Shown in pieces: positions 8,663 to 18,056 of a stretch of DNA of 64,000 bases. Source of the DNA: an uncultured Eubacteriales bacterium (lineage in GTDB: Bacteria > Bacillota > Clostridia > Oscillospirales > Oscillospiraceae); contig CATEPI010000006.1 of assembly GCA_949525845.1 (NCBI GenBank), positions 33,917 through 97,916 on the forward strand, read 5' to 3'. The translations under genes and the position numbers were made by a program. Position 1 is the stretch's first letter; every line of letters starts with the position of its first letter. The notes below the pieces were generated by a model. That model worked only from the letters and a program-made list of their open reading frames with translations, did not search any database and was not told where the DNA came from.

Positions 8663-9646
8663 TTACAGGAAAAGCGGGGAGACGGAGGTCTCCATGTAGA
8701 TGTGGCTGATGGCCTCGGCAAAGAGGTGGGCCACCGAGATGTAGCGCAGCTTGTCGCATTGGACATCGGGCTTGGCGGGAATGGTGTTGAGGAAGACCAC
8801 CTCGTCCAGCACGCTCTCGTTGATGCGGCGGATGGCGGGACCGGACAGGATGCCATGGGTGGCGCAGGCGGTAATGTCTCTTGCGCCGCCGATCTCCACC
8901 AGGGCCTTGGCAGCGTGGCACAGGGAGCCGCCGGTGTCCACCATGTCGTCCAGCAGGATGACCCGCTTGTCCCGCACGTCGCCGATGATGTTCATTACCT
9001 CGGAGGAATTGGCCTTCTGCCGGCGCTTGTCCACAATGGCCAGGGGCATATTCAGCTTCTGGGCGAAGGCCCGGGCCCGGGCCACCGAGCCCACGTCGGG
9101 GGAGACCACCATGGTGTCCTCGTGGTCGTCCTTGAACTTGCGGTTGAAGTAGTCCACAAAGATGGGGGAGCCCAGCATGTTGTCCACCGGGATATCGAAG
9201 AAGCCCTGGATCTGGTTGGCGTGGAGGTCCATGGTGAGCACACGGTCGGCGCCGGCGGTGGTGATCAGGTTGGCCACCAGCTTGGCGGAGATGGGGTCCC
9301 GGGGCTTGGTCTTCCGGTCCTGCCGGGCATAGCCGAAGTAGGGGATCACAGCGGTGATCCGGCCGGCGGACGCCCGCTTCAGGGCGTCGATGATAATAAG
9401 CAGCTCCATCAGAGCGTCGTTGACAGTGTTGAGCTTTCCATCCTTTACGAAGGAGCAGGTGGACTGGACCACGAAGACGTCGGAGCCCCGGACGGTCTCA
9501 TAGATCGAGACAAAGTTCTCCCCGTCGGAGAAAGCGCCCACCTCCGAGTTGCCCAGAGGGATTCCCAACTCTTTGCAGATGTCCCTGGCCAGAGCGGGGT
9601 TGGAATTGCCCGTGATGACCTTGATGTCCTTCCCATGTGCTATCAT
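8663..9646 (-). CDS. prs: Ribose-phosphate pyrophosphokinase
   Basis: FSDGE, PYFGYARQDRK, DLHANQIQGFF, VSPDVG, DDMVDTGGS. Confidence 0.97.
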   Translation of the reverse strand: MIAHGKDIKVITGNSNPALARDICKELGIPLGNSEVGAFSDGENFVSIYETVRGSDVFVVQSTCSFVKDGKLNTVNDALMELLIIIDALKRASAGRITAVIPYFGYARQDRKTKPRDPISAKLVANLITTAGADRVLTMDLHANQIQGFFDIPVDNMLGSPIFVDYFNRKFKDDHEDTMVVSPDVGSVARARAFAQKLNMPLAIVDKRRQKANSSEVMNIIGDVRDKRVILLDDMVDTGGSLCHAAKALVEIGGARDITACATHGILSGPAIRRINESVLDEVVFLNTIPAKPDVQCDKLRYISVAHLFAEAISHIYMETSVSPLFL

Positions 9647-9723
9647 ATGACTTTCATCCTCCCAATTTTGCCGGCCCTGGGGCCGTTTTTTCTCTCGTAT
9701 CCCTTCTGTGTGAGGTCCCTTCC

Positions 9724-10407
9724 TCACTTTTTCCCTTTTCTTTTCCGGTTCTCCCCGGCCCAGCCCTCCTTGACCTCCTGGCGGGTCCGGCCAATGGCCA
9801 TGGCGTCCTCCGGGACGCGCCGGGTCACCGTGGTGCCGGCGGCGATAAAGGCCCCGTCCTCCACCGTCACCGGGGCGACGAAGTTGGTGTTGCAGCCCAC
9901 AAATACATGGCTGCCGATGGTGGTGCGGTGCTTCTGGAAGCCGTCGTAGTTGCAGGTAACAGTGCCGCAGCCGAAGTTGCAGTCCTCACCCACGTCACTG
10001 TCCCCCACATAGGTGAGGTGGGCCATCTTGGTCCCCCGGCCCAGATTGCAGTTTTTCAGCTGGACAAAGGCCCCGATTTTGGAGCCCTCCCCCACCACGC
10101 AGTGGGGCCGGATGTGGGTGTAGGGGCCGATCTGGCAGTCCGCCCGGAGCACGCTCTCCTCACACTGGGAGGCGTTGACGGTGCATCCGTCCTCCACGGT
10201 GGAGTCGGTAATCATGGTCTGGGGGCCGATGCAGCAGTTTTTCCCGATCACCGTCTTCCCCCGAAGGATGGTGCCGGGGAGGAGCAGGGTACCCGCCCCC
10301 ACGGTGACCTCCTCTTCCACATAGACGGCGGCGGGGTCCATCATCAGCACGCCTTGGGCTAGAAGCTGTTCCCGCTTGGCCTGAAGCGCGGCCGAATAAT
10401 CGTTCAT
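9724..10407 (-). CDS. glmU: Stand-alone C-terminal (acetyltransferase) half of GlmU
   Basis: Hexapeptide repeats, IGPYTHIRP, HLTYVGD, NFGCGTVTCNYDG, FVGCNTNFVAPV; 227 aa with its own RBS (GGAGG) and no nucleotidyltransferase domain. Confidence 0.85.
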   Translation of the reverse strand: MNDYSAALQAKREQLLAQGVLMMDPAAVYVEEEVTVGAGTLLLPGTILRGKTVIGKNCCIGPQTMITDSTVEDGCTVNASQCEESVLRADCQIGPYTHIRPHCVVGEGSKIGAFVQLKNCNLGRGTKMAHLTYVGDSDVGEDCNFGCGTVTCNYDGFQKHRTTIGSHVFVGCNTNFVAPVTVEDGAFIAAGTTVTRRVPEDAMAIGRTRQEVKEGWAGENRKRKGKK

Positions 10408-10630
10408 TCTGTTCCTCCCATATCAACCGGACAGGCGGCCCGGTATTTGCCGCCTGTAATTGAGTTTAACAAAGTTTTCCCAGTGGGCATTATAACACAG
10501 TTTGCGCTTTTTTTCCACCATTAGGGAATTATTTTCAAAAAGTTTAAATTGCCGCTTTTTCATCGGAATCATTCCAAATCCGACAAAAACCGCCCTCCAC
10601 AGTCTATGGAAGGCGGTCATTTGTCTTTTG

Positions 10631-11140
10631 TCAGCAGGCGGGCGCCAGCGGACGCACCCCAAGCCGCTCCCGCAGCCTGGAGGGCCGGCAGACCCGGGAC
10701 ATCTCCAGTCCGGCGCAGACGGTGTCCACCAGGTCCACCACCCAAGCCTCCAGCGACCGGGGCAGCGCGCCGCCCAGGGGCCACATGTGGGAGAGGATAA
10801 TGTTTTGCTCCTTGTCGGAGAGGGGGGTGAGGGCAGCGGCGTTCCGGGCGGCGAACCGGGGGTGGTCGAAGCACTGGTTGCCGGGGTGGGCCGATTTGTC
10901 CCTGGAGTCGTAGAGATACAGGTCGTGAAGCAGGGCTCCCCGGACGGCAGCGTGCACATCCATGCGGAGCAGCCGGGCCACCCGGTAGGTACTGAAGGCC
11001 ACAAACAGGGAGTGGTCCAGCGTAGTCACCGGACCGTGGTGCTTCCACCGGCCCATCATCCGCACCGGCTCGGAGTCCAGCAGTTCCCTGGTCAGCTCCA
11101 CAAACTCCCGTTCCCGCAGCTTACGGCTTAAACGGCTCAT
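10631..11140 (-). CDS. HD-domain protein
   Basis: HHGPVTTLDHS, GALLHDLYLYD, HPRFA, IILSHMWPL. Confidence 0.85.
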   Translation of the reverse strand: MSRLSRKLREREFVELTRELLDSEPVRMMGRWKHHGPVTTLDHSLFVAFSTYRVARLLRMDVHAAVRGALLHDLYLYDSRDKSAHPGNQCFDHPRFAARNAAALTPLSDKEQNIILSHMWPLGGALPRSLEAWVVDLVDTVCAGLEMSRVCRPSRLRERLGVRPLAPAC

Positions 11141-11247
11141 TGGAATCAGTCCTTTCGTCGTAATCGCAGGGTGTTCCCCGCGCAGTTGGTTCTGACCCTA
11201 TCATACACTATCTTCGCACCGTTGTCATCTGAGAATTTTTTACAATT

Positions 11248-12495
11248 TTACCGGGTCTGCCCCGCCCCTTTTATCACAAATTTAAAGGAACAAAGCTCTC
11301 CCAGGCCCAAAGGGCCCCTTGCGTGCAACTTTTGGGTGGAAATCCCCATCTCGCAGCCCAGGCCGAACTCCCCGCCGTCGGTGAAGCGGGTGGAGGCGTT
11401 CCAGTACACCGCCGCGCTGTCCACCTGGTTCAGGAAGGCATGGGCCGCCTGCTCCTCGCCGGTGACGATGGCCTCCGAGTGGCCGGTAGAGTGGGCGGCA
11501 ATGTGGGAAATGGCCTCCTCCAGACAGTCCACCACCTTAACGGCCATAATGTAATCCAGAAACTCGGTGTCAAAGTCGGCGGGCCCGGCGGGGGTGCCGT
11601 CGATGATGTTCGCCGCTTCCGGGTCCAGCCGCAGCTGGACCGGATGGCCGAAGCGGTTGTGCTCCAGCCGGTCCTTCAGCTTGGGCAGAAACTCCCCGGC
11701 CACCTCCCGGTGGACCAGGCAGACCTCGGCGGCGTTGCACACGCTGGGCCGGGAGCACTTGGCGTTTTCGAGGATGTCCAGGGCCATGTCCTGATCGGCC
11801 CACCTGTCCACATAGACGTGGCAGATGCCGGTGCCCGTCTCCAGCACGGGGACGGCGGCGTTGTCCACACAGGCCCGAATCAGCCCCGCGCCCCCCCGGG
11901 GGATAAGCAGGTCCACCAGCCCCCGGGCGGCCATCAGCTCGTTGGCGGAGGCCCGGGAGGTGTCCTCCACCAGCTGGAGGGCGTCGGGGGACAGGCCGGC
12001 GGTGGAAAGCCCCTCCTTCAAAGCGGACACAATGGCGGCGGCGGAGCGGTGGGCCTCCTTGCCCCCCCGCAGGACACAGGCGGAGCCCGCCTTCAGGGCC
12101 AGGGCGGCGGCGTCGCTGGTGACGTTGGGCCGGGACTCGTAAATAATGGCGATTACCCCCATGGGGACGGCGGTCTTCTCAATGACCAGCCCGTTGGGCC
12201 GCTCCACCCGGCTGAGGACCGCCCCCACCGGGTCGGGCAGCTCCGCCACCTCCCGCAGGCCGGCGGCCATGCCGGCAATTCGGTCGGGGCTGAGGGCCAG
12301 CCGGTCCAGCATTACCTCGGAGATGGTCCCCCGGGCCGCCTCCAGGTCCAGGGCGTTGGCGGCCAGGATGTCGTCACACCGGGCCTCCAGCGCATCGGCC
12401 ATGGCCAGCAGGGCCCGGTTTTTGGTTGCCGTGTCCGCCGCCGCCATATCCCACTTGGCCGCCCGGGCCTTTTGGAGCAGTTCCTGTGTTGTCAT
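11248..12495 (-). CDS. proA: Gamma-glutamyl phosphate reductase
   Basis: [46 protein letters not shown]. Confidence 0.97.
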   Translation of the reverse strand: MTTQELLQKARAAKWDMAAADTATKNRALLAMADALEARCDDILAANALDLEAARGTISEVMLDRLALSPDRIAGMAAGLREVAELPDPVGAVLSRVERPNGLVIEKTAVPMGVIAIIYESRPNVTSDAAALALKAGSACVLRGGKEAHRSAAAIVSALKEGLSTAGLSPDALQLVEDTSRASANELMAARGLVDLLIPRGGAGLIRACVDNAAVPVLETGTGICHVYVDRWADQDMALDILENAKCSRPSVCNAAEVCLVHREVAGEFLPKLKDRLEHNRFGHPVQLRLDPEAANIIDGTPAGPADFDTEFLDYIMAVKVVDCLEEAISHIAAHSTGHSEAIVTGEEQAAHAFLNQVDSAAVYWNASTRFTDGGEFGLGCEMGISTQKLHARGPLGLGELCSFKFVIKGAGQTR

Positions 12496-12516
12496 ATTCT
12501 GTCACCTCAAATTTTT

Positions 12517-12580
12517 GTAGGGGCGGCCTGTGGCCGCCCGTGTGTTCCGGCTTATGCGGGCGGCCAAAGGCCGCCCCTAC
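12517..12580. repeat. GTAG-type REP doublet
   Basis: gtaggggcggcctgtggccgccc and inverted gggcggccaaaggccgcccctac. Confidence 0.85.
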
Positions 12581-12590
12581 ATACACCCCA

Positions 12591-13184
12591 TCAGTGGGGC
12601 CACACCAGGCTCACCGCGCACAGGGCCAGGGACAGGGCCATTGCCACGTCCACCGTCCGGCGGTGGCGGGCAAAGAGCTTTTGCAGCGACGCCCCGGCGA
12701 ACAGCCACACCAGATTGCACACCGGCCCGGTGAAGGGGAGGAACAGCCCCACCGCCAGCAGGGCCCAGATCGAGCTGTTGTAGGGCAGCACATAGCCGCT
12801 CAGGGCGGCGATGCAAAAGATGATTACCTTCACATTGGTCAGATTGACCAGCAGCCCCGTGAGGAAGGTGGGAGCCGCCGGGTCCCGGTCCGGGTCGGCC
12901 CCGCCGGGGCGCAGCATGTGCCAGGCCATCCACAGCAGGTAGGCCGCTCCCACCCAGGACAGCGCCCCCACATACCGGTCCAGGGCCGCCCCCAGCAGCC
13001 AGGTCACGGCCACCGCCCCCATGGAATCCAGAAAGAAGCCGCAGAACAGCCCCCGCCACTGCCGCAGGGCGGGCCCTCTCCCATACCGCAGGGCTGCCCC
13101 CAGGGAACAGAGATTGGCGGGTCCGGGGGTGATGGCCCCCACAAAGCAGTAGATTAAAAAGCTGGGAATCAGTGAAATCGGCAT
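12591..13184 (-). CDS. LysE/RhtB-family exporter (EamB-like)
   Basis: ITPGPANLCSL, GAAYLLWMAW, LLVNLTNVKVIIF. Confidence 0.85.
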   Translation of the reverse strand: MPISLIPSFLIYCFVGAITPGPANLCSLGAALRYGRGPALRQWRGLFCGFFLDSMGAVAVTWLLGAALDRYVGALSWVGAAYLLWMAWHMLRPGGADPDRDPAAPTFLTGLLVNLTNVKVIIFCIAALSGYVLPYNSSIWALLAVGLFLPFTGPVCNLVWLFAGASLQKLFARHRRTVDVAMALSLALCAVSLVWPH

Positions 13185-13297
13185 GGCTGCCACCGTCCTT
13201 TCCGTTGGTGGCTCTATCCTAGCAGAAAAAATAACAGTTGAAAAGCGAATGTTTTTAAAGTATAATATTGATATAGTCAATGATTGGAGGAATCCCC

Positions 13298-14176
13298 ATG
13301 GAGCTGAAAAATCTGCGGACCCTGCTGGCCGTGGTGGACCAGGGCAGCTACCAGAGAGCGGCGGAGCACCTGGGCTACACTCAGTCCACCATCACCGTGC
13401 AGATCCAGCAGCTGGAGGAGGAGCTGGGAGTCCCCCTCTTTCAGCGGGCGGGCCGGCGGATGGTACTCACCCCGGTGGGGGAGCAGGCCCTGGCCCAGGC
13501 CCGGGAGCTGCTGCTGGCCGCCGACCGGCTCTCTCAGCTGGGCCAGGCGGGGCGGGAGCCCCTGGGCACCCTGCGGGTGGACATGGCCGAGACCCTGCTG
13601 TGCTACCGGATGCAGCCAGTGATTCAGCAATTCCGCCGGCTGGCCCCCCAGGTCCGGCTTATCATCCGCAGCCGCAACTGCCTGCGCATCCCGGAAAACG
13701 TCCACACCGGGGCCTGCGACCTGGGGGTGGGCTACGACATGGACTGGAACCGGGAGACGCTGGAGGTGGAGTCTATGGGCCGCTACCCCATCGTCCTGCT
13801 GGCCTCGCCGGAGTTTGCCCACCCCGACTTCGTCACCCCCGGCCAGCGCAAGCCGGTTTCCCTTATCACCGACGAGCCGGACAGCCTTTTCCGCCGGAAT
13901 CTGGAGGACTACCTCCGCCGCCGGAGCATCACTCTGGACGCCACCCTGGAGCTGTGGAGCATTGAGACCATCAAGCGGTGTGCCATGTCCAACCTGGGCT
14001 TTACCTACCTGCCCCGGTTCGCCGCCCGGGAGGAGCTGGCCGACGGACGTCTGGTGGAGCTGGAGGCCCCCATCTCCGGGGTCCCGGCCCCCACCCTGTG
14101 CGCCTGGCGGAAAAACCGCTGGGTCACCCCGGCCATGGAGCTGTTTATGAATCTGCTCCGGGAGAGCATCTCCTAG
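13298..14176 (+). CDS. LysR-family regulator, divergent from the exporter
   Basis: GSYQRAAEHLGYTQSTITVQIQQLEEELGVPLF. Confidence 0.93.
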   Translation: MELKNLRTLLAVVDQGSYQRAAEHLGYTQSTITVQIQQLEEELGVPLFQRAGRRMVLTPVGEQALAQARELLLAADRLSQLGQAGREPLGTLRVDMAETLLCYRMQPVIQQFRRLAPQVRLIIRSRNCLRIPENVHTGACDLGVGYDMDWNRETLEVESMGRYPIVLLASPEFAHPDFVTPGQRKPVSLITDEPDSLFRRNLEDYLRRRSITLDATLELWSIETIKRCAMSNLGFTYLPRFAAREELADGRLVELEAPISGVPAPTLCAWRKNRWVTPAMELFMNLLRESIS

Positions 14177-14997
14177 CCGAACCGCCGGCGGAAGGGGGCG
14201 ATGTTGCCGTCCCGGCCGGGCCGCTCCAGAATGGAGAAGGTCACCGTCTCAAAGAGCCGGCCCCAGCCCTCCCCCTCCAGCAGCTCCTGCCAGAAGCGGG
14301 CCACATCCTCCGGGTCGTTGCGGAACACCCCGCAGCCGTAGGCCCCCAAAACCAGCTGGGCGCAGCCCCATTTGGCGAACAGGGCCAGAAGCTTCCGCAT
14401 CCGGCCCTTCATAACCGCCTTGGCCCGGTCTGCGCTGTCCCCGTTGCGCAGGACAATCCCCATGTTGACGGCGGGGGCGGTGATCACCGGGCAGGTGATG
14501 CTGTGCTCCGTCAGGGCGTAATCACTGGTGCGGAAGAAGGTGACGTCGCCAATGAGCATGGTGTCAGTGTACACCGGGTCCCGGTTGGCCCGGTTGATCT
14601 CGTAGTATCGGGGCCCCTGGCCGGTGGTCTGAGTGTGGTAGAGATTGGAGCAGAAGGCCAGGCACTCCTCCTGGGCCACCGAGCCGTTGAGAAAACCGCC
14701 CCCAGGATTTTTGGCGGAGGCGAAATTCAACACCCCGATCTTAGGGCAGAGGGTCTCCCCATCAGCCAGGCGGAAAATGGCGTCTACCGTCCCCTCGCCC
14801 CGGACCTCCAGGGCGGCGGCGGAGCCCTCCGCTGGAAGGACCGTCTCCTCCACCAGCTTATCCAGCGCCCCGGCGGTCCACAGCTCAGCAGGCCGGCAGG
14901 CGTCATACAGGATGACCTGACCGTTTACCGAATAGCGCCCCACCCGGCTGATTTCCACCGTCTCCTGGGCCAGGGCCTGAAGCTGTTCCTGGTTCAT
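14173..14997 (-). CDS. TIGR02452-family protein (microbial PARG-like macrodomain)
   Basis: LNFASAKNPGGGFLNGSVAQEECL, VITAPAVN, LVLGAYGCGVFRNDP. Confidence 0.88.
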   Translation of the reverse strand: MNQEQLQALAQETVEISRVGRYSVNGQVILYDACRPAELWTAGALDKLVEETVLPAEGSAAALEVRGEGTVDAIFRLADGETLCPKIGVLNFASAKNPGGGFLNGSVAQEECLAFCSNLYHTQTTGQGPRYYEINRANRDPVYTDTMLIGDVTFFRTSDYALTEHSITCPVITAPAVNMGIVLRNGDSADRAKAVMKGRMRKLLALFAKWGCAQLVLGAYGCGVFRNDPEDVARFWQELLEGEGWGRLFETVTFSILERPGRDGNIAPFRRRFG

Positions 14998-15764
14998 ACC
15001 CGCGCCCCCAGGAAGCGGGTGCCCACCGCCTTGCCCTCGGCGATGTCGTAGAGACGCTCGGGGTGCTCTCCGTTGGTAATTACCATGTCGCAGCCGGCCG
15101 CGGTGACCATCTTGGCCGCCCGCAGCTTGGTCTCCATTCCGCCGGTGGCCAGCTCGCTGCCCTTGCCCCCGGCCAGGGCCTCGATCTCAGGGGTGACAGC
15201 CTCCACCGTGGGAATCAGTTTGGCGGCGGGGTCTTTCCGGGGGTCGGCGGTGTACAGCCCCTCGATGTCGGACAGGAGGACCAGCAGGTCCGCCCCCACC
15301 GAGCAGGCCACAATGGCCCCCAGGGTGTCGTTGTCCCCCACCTTGATCTCGGCGGTGGCCACCGTGTCGTTCTCGTTGATGACGGGCAGGGCTCCCAGCT
15401 CCAGCAGCCGGGCCATGGTGTTTTCAAAATTCTGCCGGCGGCCGTCGTTGTCCACATCCTCGCTGGTCAGCAGGATCTGGGCCACCGTGTGGTTGTACTG
15501 GGAAAACAGCTTGTCATAGGTGTACATCAGCTCGCACTGGCCCACCGCCGCCGCCGCCTGCTTGGTGGGCATGTCGGAGGGCTTGCCGGGCAGATTCAGC
15601 TTGCCCACCCCCATGCCGATGGCCCCGGAGGACACCAGGATCATCTCGTGCCCTGCGTTCTTCAGGTCGGACAGCACCTTCACCAGCTCCTCCACGTGGC
15701 GGATGTTCAGCCGCCCGGTGGCGTGGGCCAGGGTGGAGGTGCCTACTTTTACTACAATACGCAT
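14994..15764 (-). CDS. proB: Glutamate 5-kinase (no PUA domain)
   Basis: VVKVGTSTL, VSSGAIGMG, INENDTV, GDNDTL, TGGMETKL. Confidence 0.96.
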   Translation of the reverse strand: MRIVVKVGTSTLAHATGRLNIRHVEELVKVLSDLKNAGHEMILVSSGAIGMGVGKLNLPGKPSDMPTKQAAAAVGQCELMYTYDKLFSQYNHTVAQILLTSEDVDNDGRRQNFENTMARLLELGALPVINENDTVATAEIKVGDNDTLGAIVACSVGADLLVLLSDIEGLYTADPRKDPAAKLIPTVEAVTPEIEALAGGKGSELATGGMETKLRAAKMVTAAGCDMVITNGEHPERLYDIAEGKAVGTRFLGARV

Positions 15765-15792
15765 GGTTTTCACTCCTTACTGCGTTTTTGCT

Positions 15793-15880
15793 GTAGGGAC
15801 GCATCACGATGCGTCCGCCCTCTCACAATGTGTCCGCCCTTTGGAGGGGGTGCGGCGGACGCTTCATGAAGCGTCCCTAC
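15793..15880. repeat. GTAG-type REP doublet; supplies the proC stop codon
   Basis: gtagggacgcatcacgatgcgtcc ... ggacgcttcatgaagcgtccctac; proC TAG at 15877-15879 lies within the tag. Confidence 0.85.
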
Positions 15881-16686
15881 TTTTTGCTCAAACTCACCGT
15901 CTTCTCATAGGCGGCAATCACCGCCTCCATGGCGGCGGACCGGAAGCCGCCCTTCTCCAGGGCCCGGATGCCCTGGATGGTGGTGCCGCCGGGGGAACAG
16001 ACGGCGTCCTTCAAAGCGCCGGGGTGTTGGCCGCTCTCCAGCACCATCCGGGCCGCTCCGACGGCCATCTGGGCAGCGTAGGCCACGGCCTTGTCCCGGG
16101 GCAGGCCGCAGGCCACGCCGCCGTCGGCCAGAGCCTCCAGAAACAGGTAGGCGAAGGCGGGGCCGCAGCCGGACACCGCGCTGGCCGCGTCGATAAATCC
16201 CTCGGGCACCGGGTCCACCAGTCCGGCGGGGGCGATCAAGGCGGCAAAGGCGTCCAGCTCCTCCACCGTCGCCAGCTGGCCGCAGTACTGCACCACTCCG
16301 GCTCCGATGGCGGAGGGGGTGTTGGGCATGATGCGGATGACGGGGCAGTCCAGGTCTACCATATCCTGAATCCGGTCGCAGGTCAGGCCCGCCGCCATGG
16401 TGACCAGAATGAACCGGTCCTCCCGCTTGCGCAGGATGGGCTCCAGGGGGTCCAGCACCAGCTGCATCATCTGGGGCTTCACCCCTAAAAAGATGAGCTT
16501 GGCGGTGCGGGCGATCTCCTCGTTGGTGGACAGGACCGCGCCAGGCAGCTCTGCCGCCAGGGCCTCCGCCTTGGCGGGGGTGCGGTTGGACAGCAGGATG
16601 GTCTCGGCCAGCCCGCTCCGGGCCGCCGCCCGGGCCACGGCAGAGCCCATGTTTCCGGTGCCGATAAAGCCGATGGTTTGATACAT
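15877..16686 (-). CDS. proC: Pyrroline-5-carboxylate reductase
   Basis: GFIGTGNMG, RIMPNTP, SGCGPAF, VCSPGGTTIQG. Confidence 0.97.
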   Translation of the reverse strand: MYQTIGFIGTGNMGSAVARAAARSGLAETILLSNRTPAKAEALAAELPGAVLSTNEEIARTAKLIFLGVKPQMMQLVLDPLEPILRKREDRFILVTMAAGLTCDRIQDMVDLDCPVIRIMPNTPSAIGAGVVQYCGQLATVEELDAFAALIAPAGLVDPVPEGFIDAASAVSGCGPAFAYLFLEALADGGVACGLPRDKAVAYAAQMAVGAARMVLESGQHPGALKDAVCSPGGTTIQGIRALEKGGFRSAAMEAVIAAYEKTVSLSKK

Positions 16687-16707
16687 AATTGGTTCCTCCT
16701 CGTAAAA

Positions 16708-17205
16708 TCAGACAGGCGTGGTATTCTTCGCCCTGTATTTCCCGCAGCACGCCTCCAGGCGCTTGAAATTACAGCAAACCTTTTGATAAAACGGGTTGTT
16801 TCCGGCAACTGCCTTCTCATAGGTCTTTTGCGCCCTGGCAAAAATCAATGCCCGGTTCTTTTCACAATAGTCCAGCTGTTTCAGCAGCAGCGCCCGATAC
16901 CGCTCGTCCGGCTCTGCCAGAATGTCAAAATCCAACAGCTGATATTTATGTACCGGAATCATGTTGTTAAAGCCCATAATTCCCAGCGTCCCGCCATCCA
17001 GCTTCAGAACGGGACCGCCCGATTTCAGGTTGACATGGTTCGGCTTGGGAGACTCCAGTGGAACGTAATAATCGAAGCTCCCGATTTTCAGCACGATTCC
17101 CACATATGGCCGCCTCTGTCCCTTGTTATGCTGGACACGGTTGTCCATTTTATGGAGAAATTCAATATAATCCTCCCGGACATGGTAAAATCGCAGCCTG
17201 CCCAT
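16708..17205 (-). CDS. toxN: Type III TA toxin, ToxN/AbiQ family endoribonuclease
   Basis: FYHVREDYIEFL, RPYVGIVL, YYVPLESPK, MGFNNMIPV, CCNFKRLE; 165 aa, preceded by a terminator and repeats. Confidence 0.88.
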   Translation of the reverse strand: MGRLRFYHVREDYIEFLHKMDNRVQHNKGQRRPYVGIVLKIGSFDYYVPLESPKPNHVNLKSGGPVLKLDGGTLGIMGFNNMIPVHKYQLLDFDILAEPDERYRALLLKQLDYCEKNRALIFARAQKTYEKAVAGNNPFYQKVCCNFKRLEACCGKYRAKNTTPV

Positions 17206-17224
17206 ACGGCCTCCTTTGTAACAA

Positions 17225-17443
17225 GAAATGCGGGACAGCAAGGCCGTCCCGCATTTTTTCGTTCCCCACTTCCGGCAGGGGGTCGCCGCTTTTTTCGCCC
17301 TCTTAATTACGGACAGAGTTCACCGCTTTTTTCGCTCCCCACTCTTGCAGGCAGGTAGGGGCTCACCTCTTTGAGAAGCGCAGAGGCAGAGATGACGGGA
17401 CGTCAATCTCGTATCTGACAGAACAGGATTACCCCATTCTGCG
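17225..17443 (-). ncRNA. toxI: Putative ToxI/antiQ-type antitoxin RNA: 5' structured domain, three degenerate repeats, terminator
   Basis: Extended -10 TGcTATAAT (17449-17457); units at 17367-17325, 17324-17288 and 17287-17251, each GG(T/C)GA...stem...CGAAAAAA; terminator atgcgggac/gtcccgcat at about 17226-17257. Confidence 0.72.
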
Positions 17444-17638
17444 TTTTTATTATAGCAACATTGCATCGAAAATAGAATCCGCAATTTTTACGAACTTTCC
17501 CGGGGTTTCTTGTGGACTTTTTTGCACCAAATCTGTTTGCCTACAACATATTGTATTTTAACGCTGTTTCGTACCTAACATTAAGAAATCTTAATCAATT
17601 CTTAATTGTATTTCCCCCGCCGCTGTTATATACTGACC

Positions 17639-17657
17639 GTACTAATACAGTTAGTAC
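17639..17657 (+). promoter_or_regulatory. GntR (YtrA-type) operator
   Basis: GTACTA-N7-TAGTAC directly upstream of the gntR-ABC operon. Confidence 0.7.
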
Positions 17658-17678
17658 AGTATCCGGAAAGGAGGAGCT

Positions 17679-18056
17679 GTGATGTTGAATTTAGACTACC
17701 GGGACGCCCGGCCCATTTATGAGCAGGTGAAGGACGGTCTGCGGCGGCTGATGGTCACAGGGGTGATACAGGAGGGGGAGAAGCTCCCCTCGGTGCGCAC
17801 CATGGCCGGGTCGCTGGCCATCAACCCCAACACCATCCAGCGGGCCTACGAGGCCCTGGAGTCGGAGGGCTATGTCTACTCGGTGCCCGGGAAGGGCTCC
17901 TTCGCCGCCCCCAACACCGGGGTGGACGAGGGGCGCAAGCATGACCTGCTGCACACCTTCGACCAGACGGCGGGGGAACTGCTGTTCCTGGGGGTAAGCG
18001 GCGAGGAGCTTTGGGCCCGCGTCCGGGCGCTGGAAGGGGGAGAAACGAATGATTAA
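17679..18056 (+). CDS. GntR-family regulator (YtrA-like)
   Basis: PIYEQVKD, LPSVRTMA, INPNTIQRAY, PGKGSF. Confidence 0.93.
   Translation: MMLNLDYRDARPIYEQVKDGLRRLMVTGVIQEGEKLPSVRTMAGSLAINPNTIQRAYEALESEGYVYSVPGKGSFAAPNTGVDEGRKHDLLHTFDQTAGELLFLGVSGEELWARVRALEGGETND

Noticed and set aside
17251-17367. CRISPR array
   Set aside because: The units are contiguous and degenerate, with no spacers and no cas genes. The promoter-repeats-terminator-toxN layout fits a type III antitoxin.
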